DNA from: the human T2T-CHM13v2.0 reference genome, Homo sapiens
Length of the DNA stretch: 64,000 nt
Reading direction: 5' to 3' (one strand)
Assembly: GCF_009914755.1 (NCBI RefSeq)
Contig: NC_060927.1
Part shown: in pieces, positions 1 to 14,956 of the stretch
Layout: the number at the start of each line of letters is the position of its first letter
How positions within the stretch are numbered: position 1 is the stretch's first letter
Translations under genes and position numbers: made by a program
Notes under the pieces: generated by a model
Told to the model about the DNA's origin: nothing
The model's input: only the letters and a program-made list of their open reading frames with translations
Databases searched by the model: none

Positions 1-1246
<1,246 letters not shown>

Positions 1247-1744
1247 CTCATATTTTTCTTTTTTAAACTTAGGTAAACAAGCTAATTGTGGAGAAAAATC
1301 CACAAGGAATCTACAGATGTAAAAAATACAGTTTTTCTCTGCTCTCTTTCCCATTCCTCAGGGGTAATCATCCTTCCAAATTTTTTCTCTTCATATACAA
1401 GCTGTAATTGTGTGCAAGTACAGGTATACTCTTATGCCTACACATATATATGTTTATATATTGTTTTTACAAAAGCAGAATCTTAACTATGATTATGGGT
1501 GGTGGTGGTGGTGTTTAAAGAGACAGGGTCTCACTCTGTCGCCAGGCTGGAGTGCAGTGGCACAATCGTAGCTCACTGTTGCCTCCACCTCCTGGGCTCA
1601 ATGATCCTCCCTCCTCAGCCTCCCAAAGCAGTGGGATTATAGGCATGAGCCTTCATGCCCAGCCTGATTATCCTTTTGCAGGCTGCTGTTTTTTCCACTT
1701 CATATCAGGAATGTCTTTCCTCTGTCAAAAAATAGAGTATGGCT

Positions 1745-2074
1745 CAGCAGTCCCTAACCTTTTTGGCACCAGGGACTGGTTTCATGGAAGACAGTTTTTC
1801 CACAGACCGTTTCGGGGCATGATTTCAGGATGAAACTGTTCAACTTTAGATCATCAGGCACTACTTAGATTCTCATAAGGAATGTGCAGCCTAGATCCTG
1901 CGCATGTGCAGTTCACAATGGGGTTTGCGCTCCCGTGAGAATCTAATGCAGCCGCTAATCTGACAGGAGGCGGATCTCAGTGGTAATGACCACTTGACCA
2001 CCCCTCACCTCCTGCTGTGCAGCTTGGTTCCTAGCAGACCACAGACTCCGTGATCCAGGAGTTGGGGACCCCTG
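1745..2074 (+). mobile_element. MER1B-like hAT-Charlie DNA transposon
   Basis: About 330 bp, begins cagcagtccctaacctttttggcaccagggactggtttcatggaagac and ends gttggggacccctg (imperfect terminal inverted repeats). Confidence 0.8.
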
Positions 2075-2126
2075 ATCTACCTTTTTCTTTTTTTTTTAAA
2101 TTTTGTAATTAAAAAGTCTTTTTTAG

Positions 2127-2501
<375 letters not shown>

Positions 2502-2831
2502 TAGTCTTTCCAACTTTTCACAAAGTAATTTTTCTAGTAATAGTGAAAATACATACTGGAGTTGGCAAGTGATTGAATCTTTTAATAAATGTGAAGATGT
2601 TCAAAGTTACTTCTGTAGTAGTATCACTTTAATGTATATTGGAATGTATTCCTAAGAGATACCAGTGGTTAATAGTTGTGGCACTTTATTTCTTTAAAAA
2701 ATATTTCTGGGTTTTGTGAAAAGTGTAGATACTACCAGGGGAGTGTGTGGAACAAATGAGCATCATCCATTGTGTGTTTTAATTAGAGGAAAAGCTGCTG
2801 TTTCATTGTAGCAAATGTACTGATTGGTTAA

Positions 2832-3014
<183 letters not shown>

Positions 3015-4172
3015 TGATTTTTAATCTAAAACAGAAAGCTTTACAGCTCTCATGTAAAATTTCATCTTATTTCAGTCCATTGTTCAAACCCATTGAAATT
3101 TTTGAATTTTATTTTTGCATTAACATTTTAATTGTCTATCTCAATGCAGTTTGCAATTATGACAAACTAGCCTTTCGTATCCTATTCTAAGTAGCTTATA
3201 AAAACCTTGAGGGGAATAGGACCAGGCTGTAGAAACTAGTAGAAACGTAAATATGGACCTATTTGAACTATCACTCTTTGGCCATTCAAAACTGGATTTT
3301 AGGTGATAATTCCTCTGGAAATGTAAATTATTCAAACTGGAATTTATAAACTGGGAATAATGTTTTGCTGGCTGAACGTTCAGTATATTAACAGTATAGA
3401 ACTTAGAAAACTGGATGGGCCAGTAGTTTGGGGTTTGGGTTAGGAGCTAATGAGAATACCTCATTGGATCTTACATTTTATATTTAGGAATAGATTTAAT
3501 GTTTGTCTTATTTCATCTAGCAGTTCTTTTCTGTGTTTATTTCTGCCAGTTATATGTGTTTTGGGCTGTAATTTTCTAGACACGGAAACCATATGTAATT
3601 TTTCATTGCATTTTCCCCAATAAAGCATTATACCCAGCTTACTACTAAATGTAAGATTTTTAAAAATTATGGTATCAATAAGGAAGCTATGTTTATTAAC
3701 TGGTTATTTACTCTGGGTCCATTAATGTCTATATATTGCATTATTGATAGAGCATGATCACTTCTTTTAAAAAAGTCAGTTTAGTTAGCATTGAACCTTA
3801 TAGACCAACTTCAAATTATAACCAAGGTGGAACATCCCTGGGGGGTCGTGTGATTGCATGAGGAAACCGGGATTTAGAAGATCTGGCCTCCAATCCCAAA
3901 TCGAGCAGATAGGAATGTACTATTAGGCTTATAACTTAACTTCTTTGAGCTTAACAGTCAATTAATATCCAAATGTGGACTCCCATTGATCCTGAGAGAA
4001 AACTCAGAATGGTGAAGGATTATTCTGTGTAAAACAAAGATTAAGATTTCTTAAGTTAAAATGAGAGTTGGGGAAGAGAAGTCTGATCTGACATTCCAAA
4101 AGGATAAGCAACTCTTAGGTTGTGTACTGTTTCCTACAGCTTCTTTTCTCTCTCTACTCTTCCCCACTCAAG

Positions 4173-4308
4173 GTTCTTAAGGATATGTGTTCATCCATTA
4201 TGTCGCTGGCTCAGAGTTTGCTTCACTCTCTAGACTAGAGTAGAATTTCATTTGGCAGTCTCCTATACAAATAATGTGTTTATGTTTTTTGACACATACT
4301 GCCAGCAG
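4173..4308 (+). pseudogene. FANCD2 exon 16 copy with 1-nt insertion and in-frame stop
   Basis: 136 nt vs 135 nt in the gene. CTA TAC AAA TAA replaces CTA TAC AAA TAT. Splice sites retained. Confidence 0.93.
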
Positions 4309-4555
4309 GTATGTTGAAATACTTATTTTGGCAAGGAGGGAACAGAGGAAGGAAGAATCATCTAATGCTTATTTTTTGTTGGTTGGAACTTACTGAAGGG
4401 AAAGTAGCTCTGAACTGGGTCTCAGGAAAGCTCAATTTTACTCCCAGCCTTGATGAAATGAAGAGATTTGACTGGTGGATCTAACTCTGTGTTCTGAACT
4501 CTAAAATTCTCTTGTCTGAAATTAAGATACAGATTTGGTCTATTTCAAAACATGA

Positions 4556-4735
<180 letters not shown>

Positions 4736-5574
4736 TAGTAGAGACAGGGTTTCACCATGTTGGCCATCCTGGTCTCGAACTCCTGAGCTCAGGTGATTCA
4801 CCTGCCTCGCCCTCCCAAAGTGCTGCAATTACAGGCATGAGCCACCGTGCCTGGCCGAGACACATTTTAATAGCATATATCCAGAGAGAGAGGACTGTAT
4901 TTGTGGAAAATGTTTATGAAAGCAAGTAAAGCACAGTGTCTTATTTTGTATTTGTACATATATTCTTCCTATTATTAGCAATGTTAAAACGCATCTGAAT
5001 GGAACTTTTAAAATGAAGATTTGTAAAAAAAATTGTAAACATTTAAAATAGAGCAGTAGTTGCAGCTGACATGAGGTAGCTGTTGTAATTGAGAATTCTG
5101 TTATGACTTATGGAGTGACGGTATAAAGGGAGAATGGCATCTAAGACATTTCTGGACCCTCTTAATGTCTTAGAGACACTGTCATGATCCATGTTTGCTT
5201 GGAAACATGCAAATCTAGCCTGTACTATATGGAGAAAACCTTTAAAGCTTTTAGCTCCTTGAGTGGCATCTTTTTGAGGAATTTCAACTGATCTTGTACA
5301 ACCTCAACCTAAAGGGTAAAATTTAACCCATATGGGAAAAAGAAAGAGGAAAACTACGCCCAGGAGCAAAATCAGGAGGGCTTAGGTAGAGCTCACTGAT
5401 AAAATATGGGAAATAGGTCAAGACGGGATGGTCAAGTTACACTGGCATATTCCTAAATCTCCTGAAGCCAGCATTACTAGATAATAGATGATGGGACTGG
5501 GTTGATTGTGATTTTAACGAAGTAGAGATTGGAGAGGCCTCGGTGGTGAATCCCCTTAGAATGGCCATCCAGTG

Positions 5575-5606
5575 GCAAACAGAATGAAGCCAGCAGCCAC
5601 ATCCAG
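5575..5606 (+). pseudogene. 3' remnant of FANCD2 exon 18
   Basis: GCAAACAGAATGAAGCCAGCAGCCACATCCAG|gtaag is identical to 62464-62495 and is fused directly to intron-16 sequence. Confidence 0.93.
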
Positions 5607-8211
5607 GTAAGAAGCAATATGTTGGGAAAGATTCTGTTTTTTGAGACGGAGTCTAGCTCTGTCACCTAGACTGGAGTGCAGTTGGCGCTGTCTCAGTTCA
5701 GTGCAACCTCTGCCTCCCGGGTTCTAGCGATTCTCCTGCCTCACCCTTCCAAGTACCTGGGACTACAGGCACGTGTCACCACAATCGGCTGATTTTTGTA
5801 TTTTTAGTATTTTGTGTTTTTAAACCTCTTTACTTGAAATTTGCTGGAAAAAAAAAAAGCAAATGATAGATTTGCTGTGTAAAATAGTGGAAATGGAGTA
5901 CATAGCCATAGTTCGAGCATTTTTTTATTCTTACCACAAACATTAAGTGCCTATTCTGTGCCAGGCACTGATACATTAGATCCTCTGCCCTCAAAAAGCT
6001 CTGTCTATTAGGGTAGAGATGGGTCTGTGGTCAGCTAACCATGAAACTGTTCAGGTTCTGAGTGCAGTGGGGACACAGAATTGCCTTGTTTTCTAAGAAA
6101 CATCTCCATCTAATGTGAACTTCACGTGGGCTTGCTTTTGTTTGTGGATGCCATTCACTGAAAAAGCCAGGCTGTAATCCCAGCACTTTGGGAGGCCAAG
6201 GCAGGAGAATCACATGTGCCCTGGAGTTTGAGACCAGCCTGGGCACCATGGTGAAACCCCATCTCTACAAAAACATACAAAAATTAGCCAGGTGTGGTGG
6301 CACACACCTGTAATCCTAGCTACTCAGGAGGCGGAGGTGGGAGGATCCATTGAACCCAGGGAGTTGAGGCTACAGTGAGCCATGATTGTGCCACTGCTCT
6401 CCAGCCTGGGCAACAGAGTGAGACTCTATCTCAAAAATAGACACATAAATAAAAATAAAACAAAAAGAAGAGATTAGATTGGAATCATAACTTGTAACTC
6501 ATTTGTATCTTTAGTGCTACCTTATGGCAGTAATTCATACTGGACTGTGACTTTGAACAACTAGTATATTTTTTATCTTCCCCCCTGCCCTTTCTTGGAT
6601 CCCCAGTCAACACATTTTTTTAATTAAAAAAAATTTTGGACTAGGTAATATACATGTGTCAAAATTCAAAACATATAGAAGAGTATCCAGTGAAAAATAA
6701 CTCACTTCTTCTCAGTCCTCTAGGCACCTGGTTTGTCTCCCACAGGGACAATCACTTTATAACCTTCTGAGATGTTCTGAGAATTTACAAATTTGTGTTT
6801 ACCTGTAGTTTCCTTTCCCCTCTTGTTCTATATCATACCTTTTGCATTTAGCAGTTTATTTTGGAGATTGCCTTAAATCAGTAATATAAAGTTTCTTCAT
6901 TATTTAATTTTTAATTTTGATATAACGTAAAATATACCATTTAAACTGTTTTTAAGGGTACATTTAGTAGCATTAAGTATATTCATAATGTTATACAACC
7001 ATTACCACTATCCATTTCTAGAACTTCTGATCATCCCAAACAAACTTTGTACCCATTAGGCAATAATTTGCCATCTTCCTCTCCCCAGCCCCTAATAATC
7101 ACTAATCACATTCTATCTATGGATTTGTTCATTCTAGATGCCTCATATAAATGGAATCATAACAATATGTATCCTTGTGTCTTGCTTATTTCACTTAGCA
7201 TATTATTTTCTTTTCCTTCTTTCTTTTTTTTTTTTTGTTAGTAGAGACGGGGTTTCACCGTGTTAGCCAGGATGGTCTCGATCTCCTGACCTCGTGATCT
7301 ACCCGCCTCGCCCTCCCAAAGTCCTGGGATTACAGGCGTGTGCCGCCACGCCCAGCCAGCATATTTTCAAGGTTCATGTATGTTGTAGCATGCATCAGAA
7401 CTTCATTCCCTACTACAGCTTTAGTAATTCCATTCTTTGTTTTTGTTGTTTTGTTTTGTTTTGTTGAGACGGAGTCTCACTCTGGCCCCCACGCTGGAGC
7501 GCAGTGGCACGATATCAGCTTACCGCAACCTCTGCCTCCTGGGTTCAAGCAATTCTCTTGCCTCAGCCTCCTGAGTAGCTGTGATTACAGGCGTGCACCA
7601 CCACACCCAGCTAATTTTTGTATTTTTAGTCGAGTTGGGGTTTCATCATGTTGGCCAGGCTGGTCTCAAACGGCTGACCTCAGGTAATCCACCCTCCTCG
7701 GCCTCCCAAAGTGCTGGGACTACAGGCGTGAGCCACTGCGCCCGGCCCCCATTCTTTGTTTATACCACATTTTTTTTATCCATTCATCCATTGATGGACA
7801 CTTGAGTTGTTTCCACCTTTTGGCCATTTGAATAATGTTGCTATGAGTATTGGTTTACAAATATTTGTTTGAGTCCCTGTTTTCGGTTCTTTAGGGTATA
7901 TAAGAGTGGAATTGCTGGATCATGTGATGAACATATGTTTACCATTTTGAGGAACCACCACCGCTTTCCATAGCAGCTGCATAATTTTACATTCCTACCA
8001 CCAATGCACGTGGTCTCCAATTTCTCCATATTCTTGCTAACATTTATTTTCCTTTCTTAAAAAATGTTTTATGGCCGGGCGCAGTGGCTCACACCTGTAA
8101 TCCCAGGACTTTGGGAGGCCGAGGCGGGCAGATCACGAGGTCAGGAGATTGAGACCATCCTGGCTAACATGGTGAAACCCCGTCTCTACTAAAAATACAA
8201 AAAATTAGCTA

Positions 8212-8415
<204 letters not shown>

Positions 8416-8435
8416 TTAATGAATTAATAATTTAA

Positions 8436-8723
<288 letters not shown>

Positions 8724-8726
8724 TAG

Positions 8727-8939
<213 letters not shown>

Positions 8940-9095
8940 TAGACATAAGGTTTCGTCATGTTACCCAGACTGGTCTCGAACTTTTGAGCTTAGGAGATCT
9001 AACCACCTCTGCCTCTGAAAGTGCTGGTGTTACAGGCACGAGCCACTGTGCTCAGCCCTTTGCCCGTTTTTAAATTGGGTTTTTGTCATTGTTGA

Positions 9096-9467
<372 letters not shown>

Positions 9468-9540
9468 TGACCTCGTGATCTGCCTACCTCAGCCTCCCAA
9501 AGTGCTGTGATTACAGGCATGAGCCACCACATCTGGCCTT

Positions 9541-11005
9541 ATTTTTTATGTTATTTTATTATTTTTTTGATCTGTGATTTTCTTAATTATTTTGAGTCGT
9601 ATGATCACACATAGTTTTAAAGTGTGTATTCTAATCATTTTAAGTTGGCAAAAGCACCATTCCCAATCACAAATACGCAGCAGTTTTATGTTTTCGAATG
9701 GTTCTTTAAAGACAATCCTGAATCATAACTTAGTTTGAGTTAGAGTGTAAAGAATTCAAGAGTGAAGTTTAACTTGTTACTATTTTAAAAGCATGTGACC
9801 TTATAGATCATGTATAAAATGTGAGAAGTGTTAAATAATAAACTAGACATTGCTACCTTATTTTCCTTCAATCCTAGCCTTTAAGAGGCAAATGAACACC
9901 AAACACAGTTGAATCTTGCTTGGTTCTAAGACAGTGAGGAAATTTCCCCAGTATTTAAATATATTCACATAACCAGTTAAATAAATCTAAATATAAAACC
10001 AATCTCCATTAAGTTTTTGTTGTTGTTGTTGTTTTTATTTTTTGGGGTTTTTTTTGAGATGGAGTCTTGCTTAGTCATTCTGGCTGGAGTGCAGTGGCGC
10101 GATCTTGGTTCACTGCAATGCACCTCTGCCTTCCGGGTTCAAGCAGTTCTCTCTCAGCCTCCCAAGTAGCTGGGATTACAGGTGCCCACCACCACGCCTG
10201 GCTAATTTTTGTATTTTTAGTAGAGACGGGGGTTTCACCATGTTGGCCAGGCTGGTCTCGAACTCCTGAACTCAAGTGAACCACCCGCCTCGGCCTCCCA
10301 AAGTGCTAGGATTACAGGCATGAGCTACTGCGCCCGGCCTCTATTAAGTTTTAAGATGGCACTCACCATCTTTGTGAGAAGTTGAACATTACTAACAAAG
10401 TCTAATCATATTTTTAGAAGGGGTAAACAGTGATACCATGTTCTGAATTGGAATTACTATTAAAATTCAAAAACTGAACATTTAACCACAAGCTAGTCTT
10501 AGTTTTAAATCACAACTGCCCAACAAAATATTCTGTCATTTATGATCTGATTTCTGGTGTATGAGATCTATTAAAGTATGGTACACATAAAACAGTCATG
10601 AGACATTTGTTTTGTAATAAATAAGGCAGTGGCCAATTATTACTCATTAGTAGCTTTTTTAAGATAAGCTATCAAGCCTGCCCTTTCTGCCTTCTTCTTA
10701 ATGCCGGCAAAGATCATTTTTCTTCCATACCCTTGGGATTCTCCAAATACTCCACCAGTGTATCCTCTCCCCAGGTGATGCCTTTGTTCTTATTGGTGTC
10801 TGTGTAAGAGAATCCAACAGCCTGACCTGTCTTCCGCCCGAAGAGACCTTGGAGATTAGGCCTAGTCTTGTGCTTGCCTCCCTTTTCCACGGTGTGGCAC
10901 TGGGCACACTTCTGAACAAAAATCTTGCTTTTCTCAACATCACTTGTATTTAATTCTCTTTTTAGTCCCTGGGGCCACGAAGGTTGCCACTCCAAAGCCG
11001 GACAA
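9541..11005 (-). pseudogene. Processed cytochrome c (CYCS) pseudogene; CDS remnant 10947-10640
   Basis: Intronless [30 protein letters not shown]...[23 protein letters not shown] motif present. Start codon degraded to ACA, internal indels, long AT-rich 3' UTR interrupted by an Alu (about 10014-10338), poly(T) remnant near 9541-9568. Confidence 0.95.
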
Positions 11006-11471
11006 CCCACTCTTTACTTTTTTTGTTGTTGTTGCTTGTCCTTTTGGTTGTTATGCTTAAGATACCATTGCCGAATCCAAGGTCATGAAGGTTTTCTCTT
11101 ATTTTCTTAAATTTAGGTCTTTGATCCACTTTGAGTTAATGTTTGTGTATAGTGTATTTTAAGGATTTAGCTTCATTCTTTTGCATATGGATATCCAGTT
11201 TTTCCAGTTCCATTTGTTGAAAAGATGGTCCTTTCACCACTGAAATTATTTTGGCACCCTTGTCAAAAATCAATTTGTCGGCCGGGCATGGTGGCTCACG
11301 CCTGTATTCCCAGCACTTTGGGGGGCCGAGGTGGGCGGATCACGAGGTCAGGAGATCGAGACCATCCTGGCTAACACAGTGAAACCCTGTCTCTGCTAAA
11401 AATACAAAAAAAAAAAAAAAAAAAAAAATTAGCCGGGTGTGGTGGTGGGCGCCTGTAGTCCCAGCTACTCA

Positions 11472-11630
<159 letters not shown>

Positions 11631-11809
11631 TCAGTTTCATTGGTCTATGTGTCTGTCCTTCTGCCAGTACCACACTGTTTTGACTACTGTAGCTTTGTAT
11701 TAGTATTGAAATCAGGGCTGGGTGCTGTGGCTAACGCCTGTAATTCCAGCACTATGAGAGACCGAGGCGGGCAGATCACGAGTTCAGGAGACTGAGACCA
11801 TCCTGGCTA

Positions 11810-12025
<216 letters not shown>

Positions 12026-12610
12026 TCAGGAAGTGTGAGCCCTCCAACTTTGCTCTTTTTCAAGGTTTTGGCAATTTGGGGGTCCCTTGAAATTCCATGT
12101 GAATTTTGGTATGGATCTTTCTATTTCTGCAAACTATGTTGTGGGACTTTGATAAGGATTGCATTGAATCACTTTGAATGGTATTGTCACATTAAGAATA
12201 TTGAGTGTCTTCCAATCCATGAAGACAATAGCTCTTTCCATTTATTTATGTCTTTAATTTTTTTCAGCAGTTTCTTTTTTTATTTTATTTTATTTTATTT
12301 TATTTTGAGATAGTGTCTGGCTCTCTAACACAGGCTAGAGTACAGTGACACAATCTTGGCTCACTGCAGCCTTGACCTTCCAGGTTCAGGTGATCCTCCC
12401 ACCTCAGCCTTCCGAGTAGATGGGACCACAGGCATGCACTGCAGCTGGCTAATTTCTGTATTTTCTATAGAGATGAGGTTTTGCCATGTTACCCAGGCTG
12501 GTCTTGAACTCCTGGGATCAAGCAATCCACCCGCCTCAGCCTCCCAAAGTGTTAGGATGACAGGCATGAGCCACCGCACCAAGCCTTGCCTTTATGCTTA
12601 AATACATAAA

Positions 12611-13215
12611 GACCCTGTGGCCTCCCCCTCCACCCAGAGCAACAGCAGCAGTGGTGAAGACCCAGAAACATCCCTGGCTCAACAAGCCCCTGAGCATCAC
12701 CCTGTTATTTATTTAGTAACAGAGTATGCAAGAGGAGGAGACCTGCACAACTGGATACACCCAGAAATGTCCCTGGCTCAACAAGCCTTCCAGCATGACC
12801 CTGTGTCTTCCCCCTCCACGCAGAGCACCAGCAACAGTAGTGCAGACCCAGAAACCTCCCTGGCTCAACAAGGCCCCCAGCATGACCCCATGGCCTTCCC
12901 CTCCACCCAGAGCACCTGTAGCAGTGGTGGAGTCCCAGAAATGTCCCTGGCTCAACAAGCCTTCCAGTATCAGCCTGTGGCCTTCTTCTCCACCCAGAGC
13001 ACCAGCAGCAGTGGTGGAGACCCAGAAACATCCCAGGCTCAACAAGCCGCCCAGCATGACCCTGTGGCCTACCCCTATACCCAGAGCAACAGCAGCAGTG
13101 GTGCAGACCCAGAAACCTCTGGCTCACCACCTCCCCAGCAACACCCTGTGGCCTTCTCCACCAAGAGCACCAGTAGCAGTGGCAGAGACCCAGAAATGTC
13201 CCTGACACAGCAACA
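12611..13215 (+). repeat. 87-bp (29-codon) tandem repeat, about 7 units, in a Smok-like C-terminal tail
   Basis: Unit starts at 12611, 12698, 12797, 12884, 12971, 13058 and 13142. Consensus peptide DPVAxPSTQSTSSSGxDPETSLAQQAxQH. Confidence 0.93.
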
Positions 13216-13491
13216 ACCATCCCAGGAAGCCAGTGTCATTCAGGCTGGGCAGCCCAAGGCTTTGACTTCAGCCTTGCCAATAAGGAGGCTGTGACTGCCG
13301 CAGGGCTGCCAGGGGATGCACTTCCATTGTATTAAAATGTTTTTGCCTGTGTCCACCGCCGAAAAGGAGGAATAAGATGACCCCAACATAGTTGCACGGC
13401 TGAAGACAAAAATCAAGTTGGTGGGGTCAATATTGTTACCATAGTCACTACACTTAGAGTAGTTTTATAGTCAGTGTAGACAGGTGGCACC

Positions 13492-14585
13492 ATGCAGCAG
13501 GGATCAGCCTCCACCACACCTGACCAGGAGCTCCAGAACTGTAAAATCCTGGACACCATTGGCCGTGGCACGTTCAGTGAGGTCCAGGATCACATGCTGA
13601 TTGGGACCCAAATGGCCATCAAAATCATCCCCAAGGCTGGCTCCCTTGGCATCACTCTCCAGAGAGTGATAAGTATTTTAAAGTTACTCTGTCACTTCAA
13701 TATTGTACGGTTGTATCAAGTGATTGACACCCCCAACACCAGTTATTTATTTAGTAACGGAGTATGCAAGAGGAGGACACCCACGCAACCAATACACCAC
13801 CATGGCCTCATGAGGGAGGAGAAGGCCTAGACCATGTTCAGGCAGATTCTGTCGGCCATGCAGTAGTGCCATAGCAAATTGCGCAGAGACCTGAACCCAG
13901 AAAACATCATCCTTGATGAGGACGGTAACGTTAAGATCGCAGACTTCGGCTTTGGTACCACATTCCATGATGGGCAGAAGCTGACAGCCCTTTGTAGCAC
14001 TTAACCCCTACATGGCCCTGGAACGTTTCCTAGGCCAGGGCTACCAATGTGCCACCATGGATATTCAGAGCCTCAGAGTAATTTTATACCACATGGTGGC
14101 TGGGGTTCTGCCCTTCTGCTCATGCAGCATTAGGGTCCTCTCAGCAAAAATTTAAAGTGGAAGCTATTTTTCCCCAGTCTACTTTTCCTGAGGTCTTAAA
14201 AGCCTCATTAAAAAACTATTAACAGTAGACCCCAGGGAGCAGACCACACTAGAAGAAGTTATGAGGGACCCGTGGGTGAACAGTGGTCAGGAGTTGCCTC
14301 TGACAACATGAAGAACAAATCCTGGACCACCTGAATCCCAAAACAACCCAGCTTTTGGTGGCCATGGGATTCCAGGCTGAGAACCTATCTGTGGCAATCA
14401 AAGAAAAATTATTCAGTTATCCCATGGCCACCTACCTTGTTTTGGAACAAACAAAACAGAAGAAGCGGTCCACTATCAGACCACAGACCCTTCCTCCTGG
14501 GGATCCCACTTGTCCTCTCTACATTGAAGTTTCCACCTTCCCTCTTTCACTGAAGCGGGCTCATAGCATTCAGCAGAAGACTGTG
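13492..14585 (+). pseudogene. MARK/sperm motility kinase (Smok)-like intronless kinase pseudogene, unit A
   Basis: Motifs IGRGTFSEV, AIKII, HFNIVRLYQVIDT, MFRQILSAMQ*CH, RDLNPENIILDEDGNVKIADFGFGT, VILYHMVAGVLPF, DPWVN and UBA-like VAMGFQ...YPMATYLVL. Several stops and frameshifts. Confidence 0.9.
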
Positions 14586-14956
14586 GGTGCCAAGTCTGGG
14601 CAGGGCCTTTGCCCTTGGGAGTCCTGTTTTAGACCCAGCTCCACCACGTGGCCCTGGCCTCTTCTCTGCCCTGTCTGTGCTTGCAGCCATGGTGCCCAGT
14701 CTGGCCCCACCAGGAGACACCAGAACGACTGTCCATGTGTCTACTCCTTGGCACCTTCCCCGCATGGTGGGTAGATGGGCAGGGAGGGGTGGGAATCTGT
14801 GTAACCGTGGAAGGGAACGGCCCTCAGACCCAGAGGGTTTGGAGCCTGGGGTATTGTCACCGACAGTGGCCTTAGCCTAGCTAGCACAGTTAGTGCTGTG
14901 CATCACAGCATAGCTTTTAGAGGCAGGATTTGTAGTCAGTATAGTTGGGAGGCACC

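Noticed and set aside
10714-11010. Functional cytochrome c with intact CXXCH
   Set aside because: Start codon lost, indels near both ends, and the frame terminates before the axial Met region.
12705-13220. Long alternative-frame and antisense ORFs over the 87-bp repeat; resemblance to a repeat-spacer array
   Set aside because: By-products of a stop-poor tandem repeat. There are no unique spacers and the context is eukaryotic, so this is not a CRISPR array.
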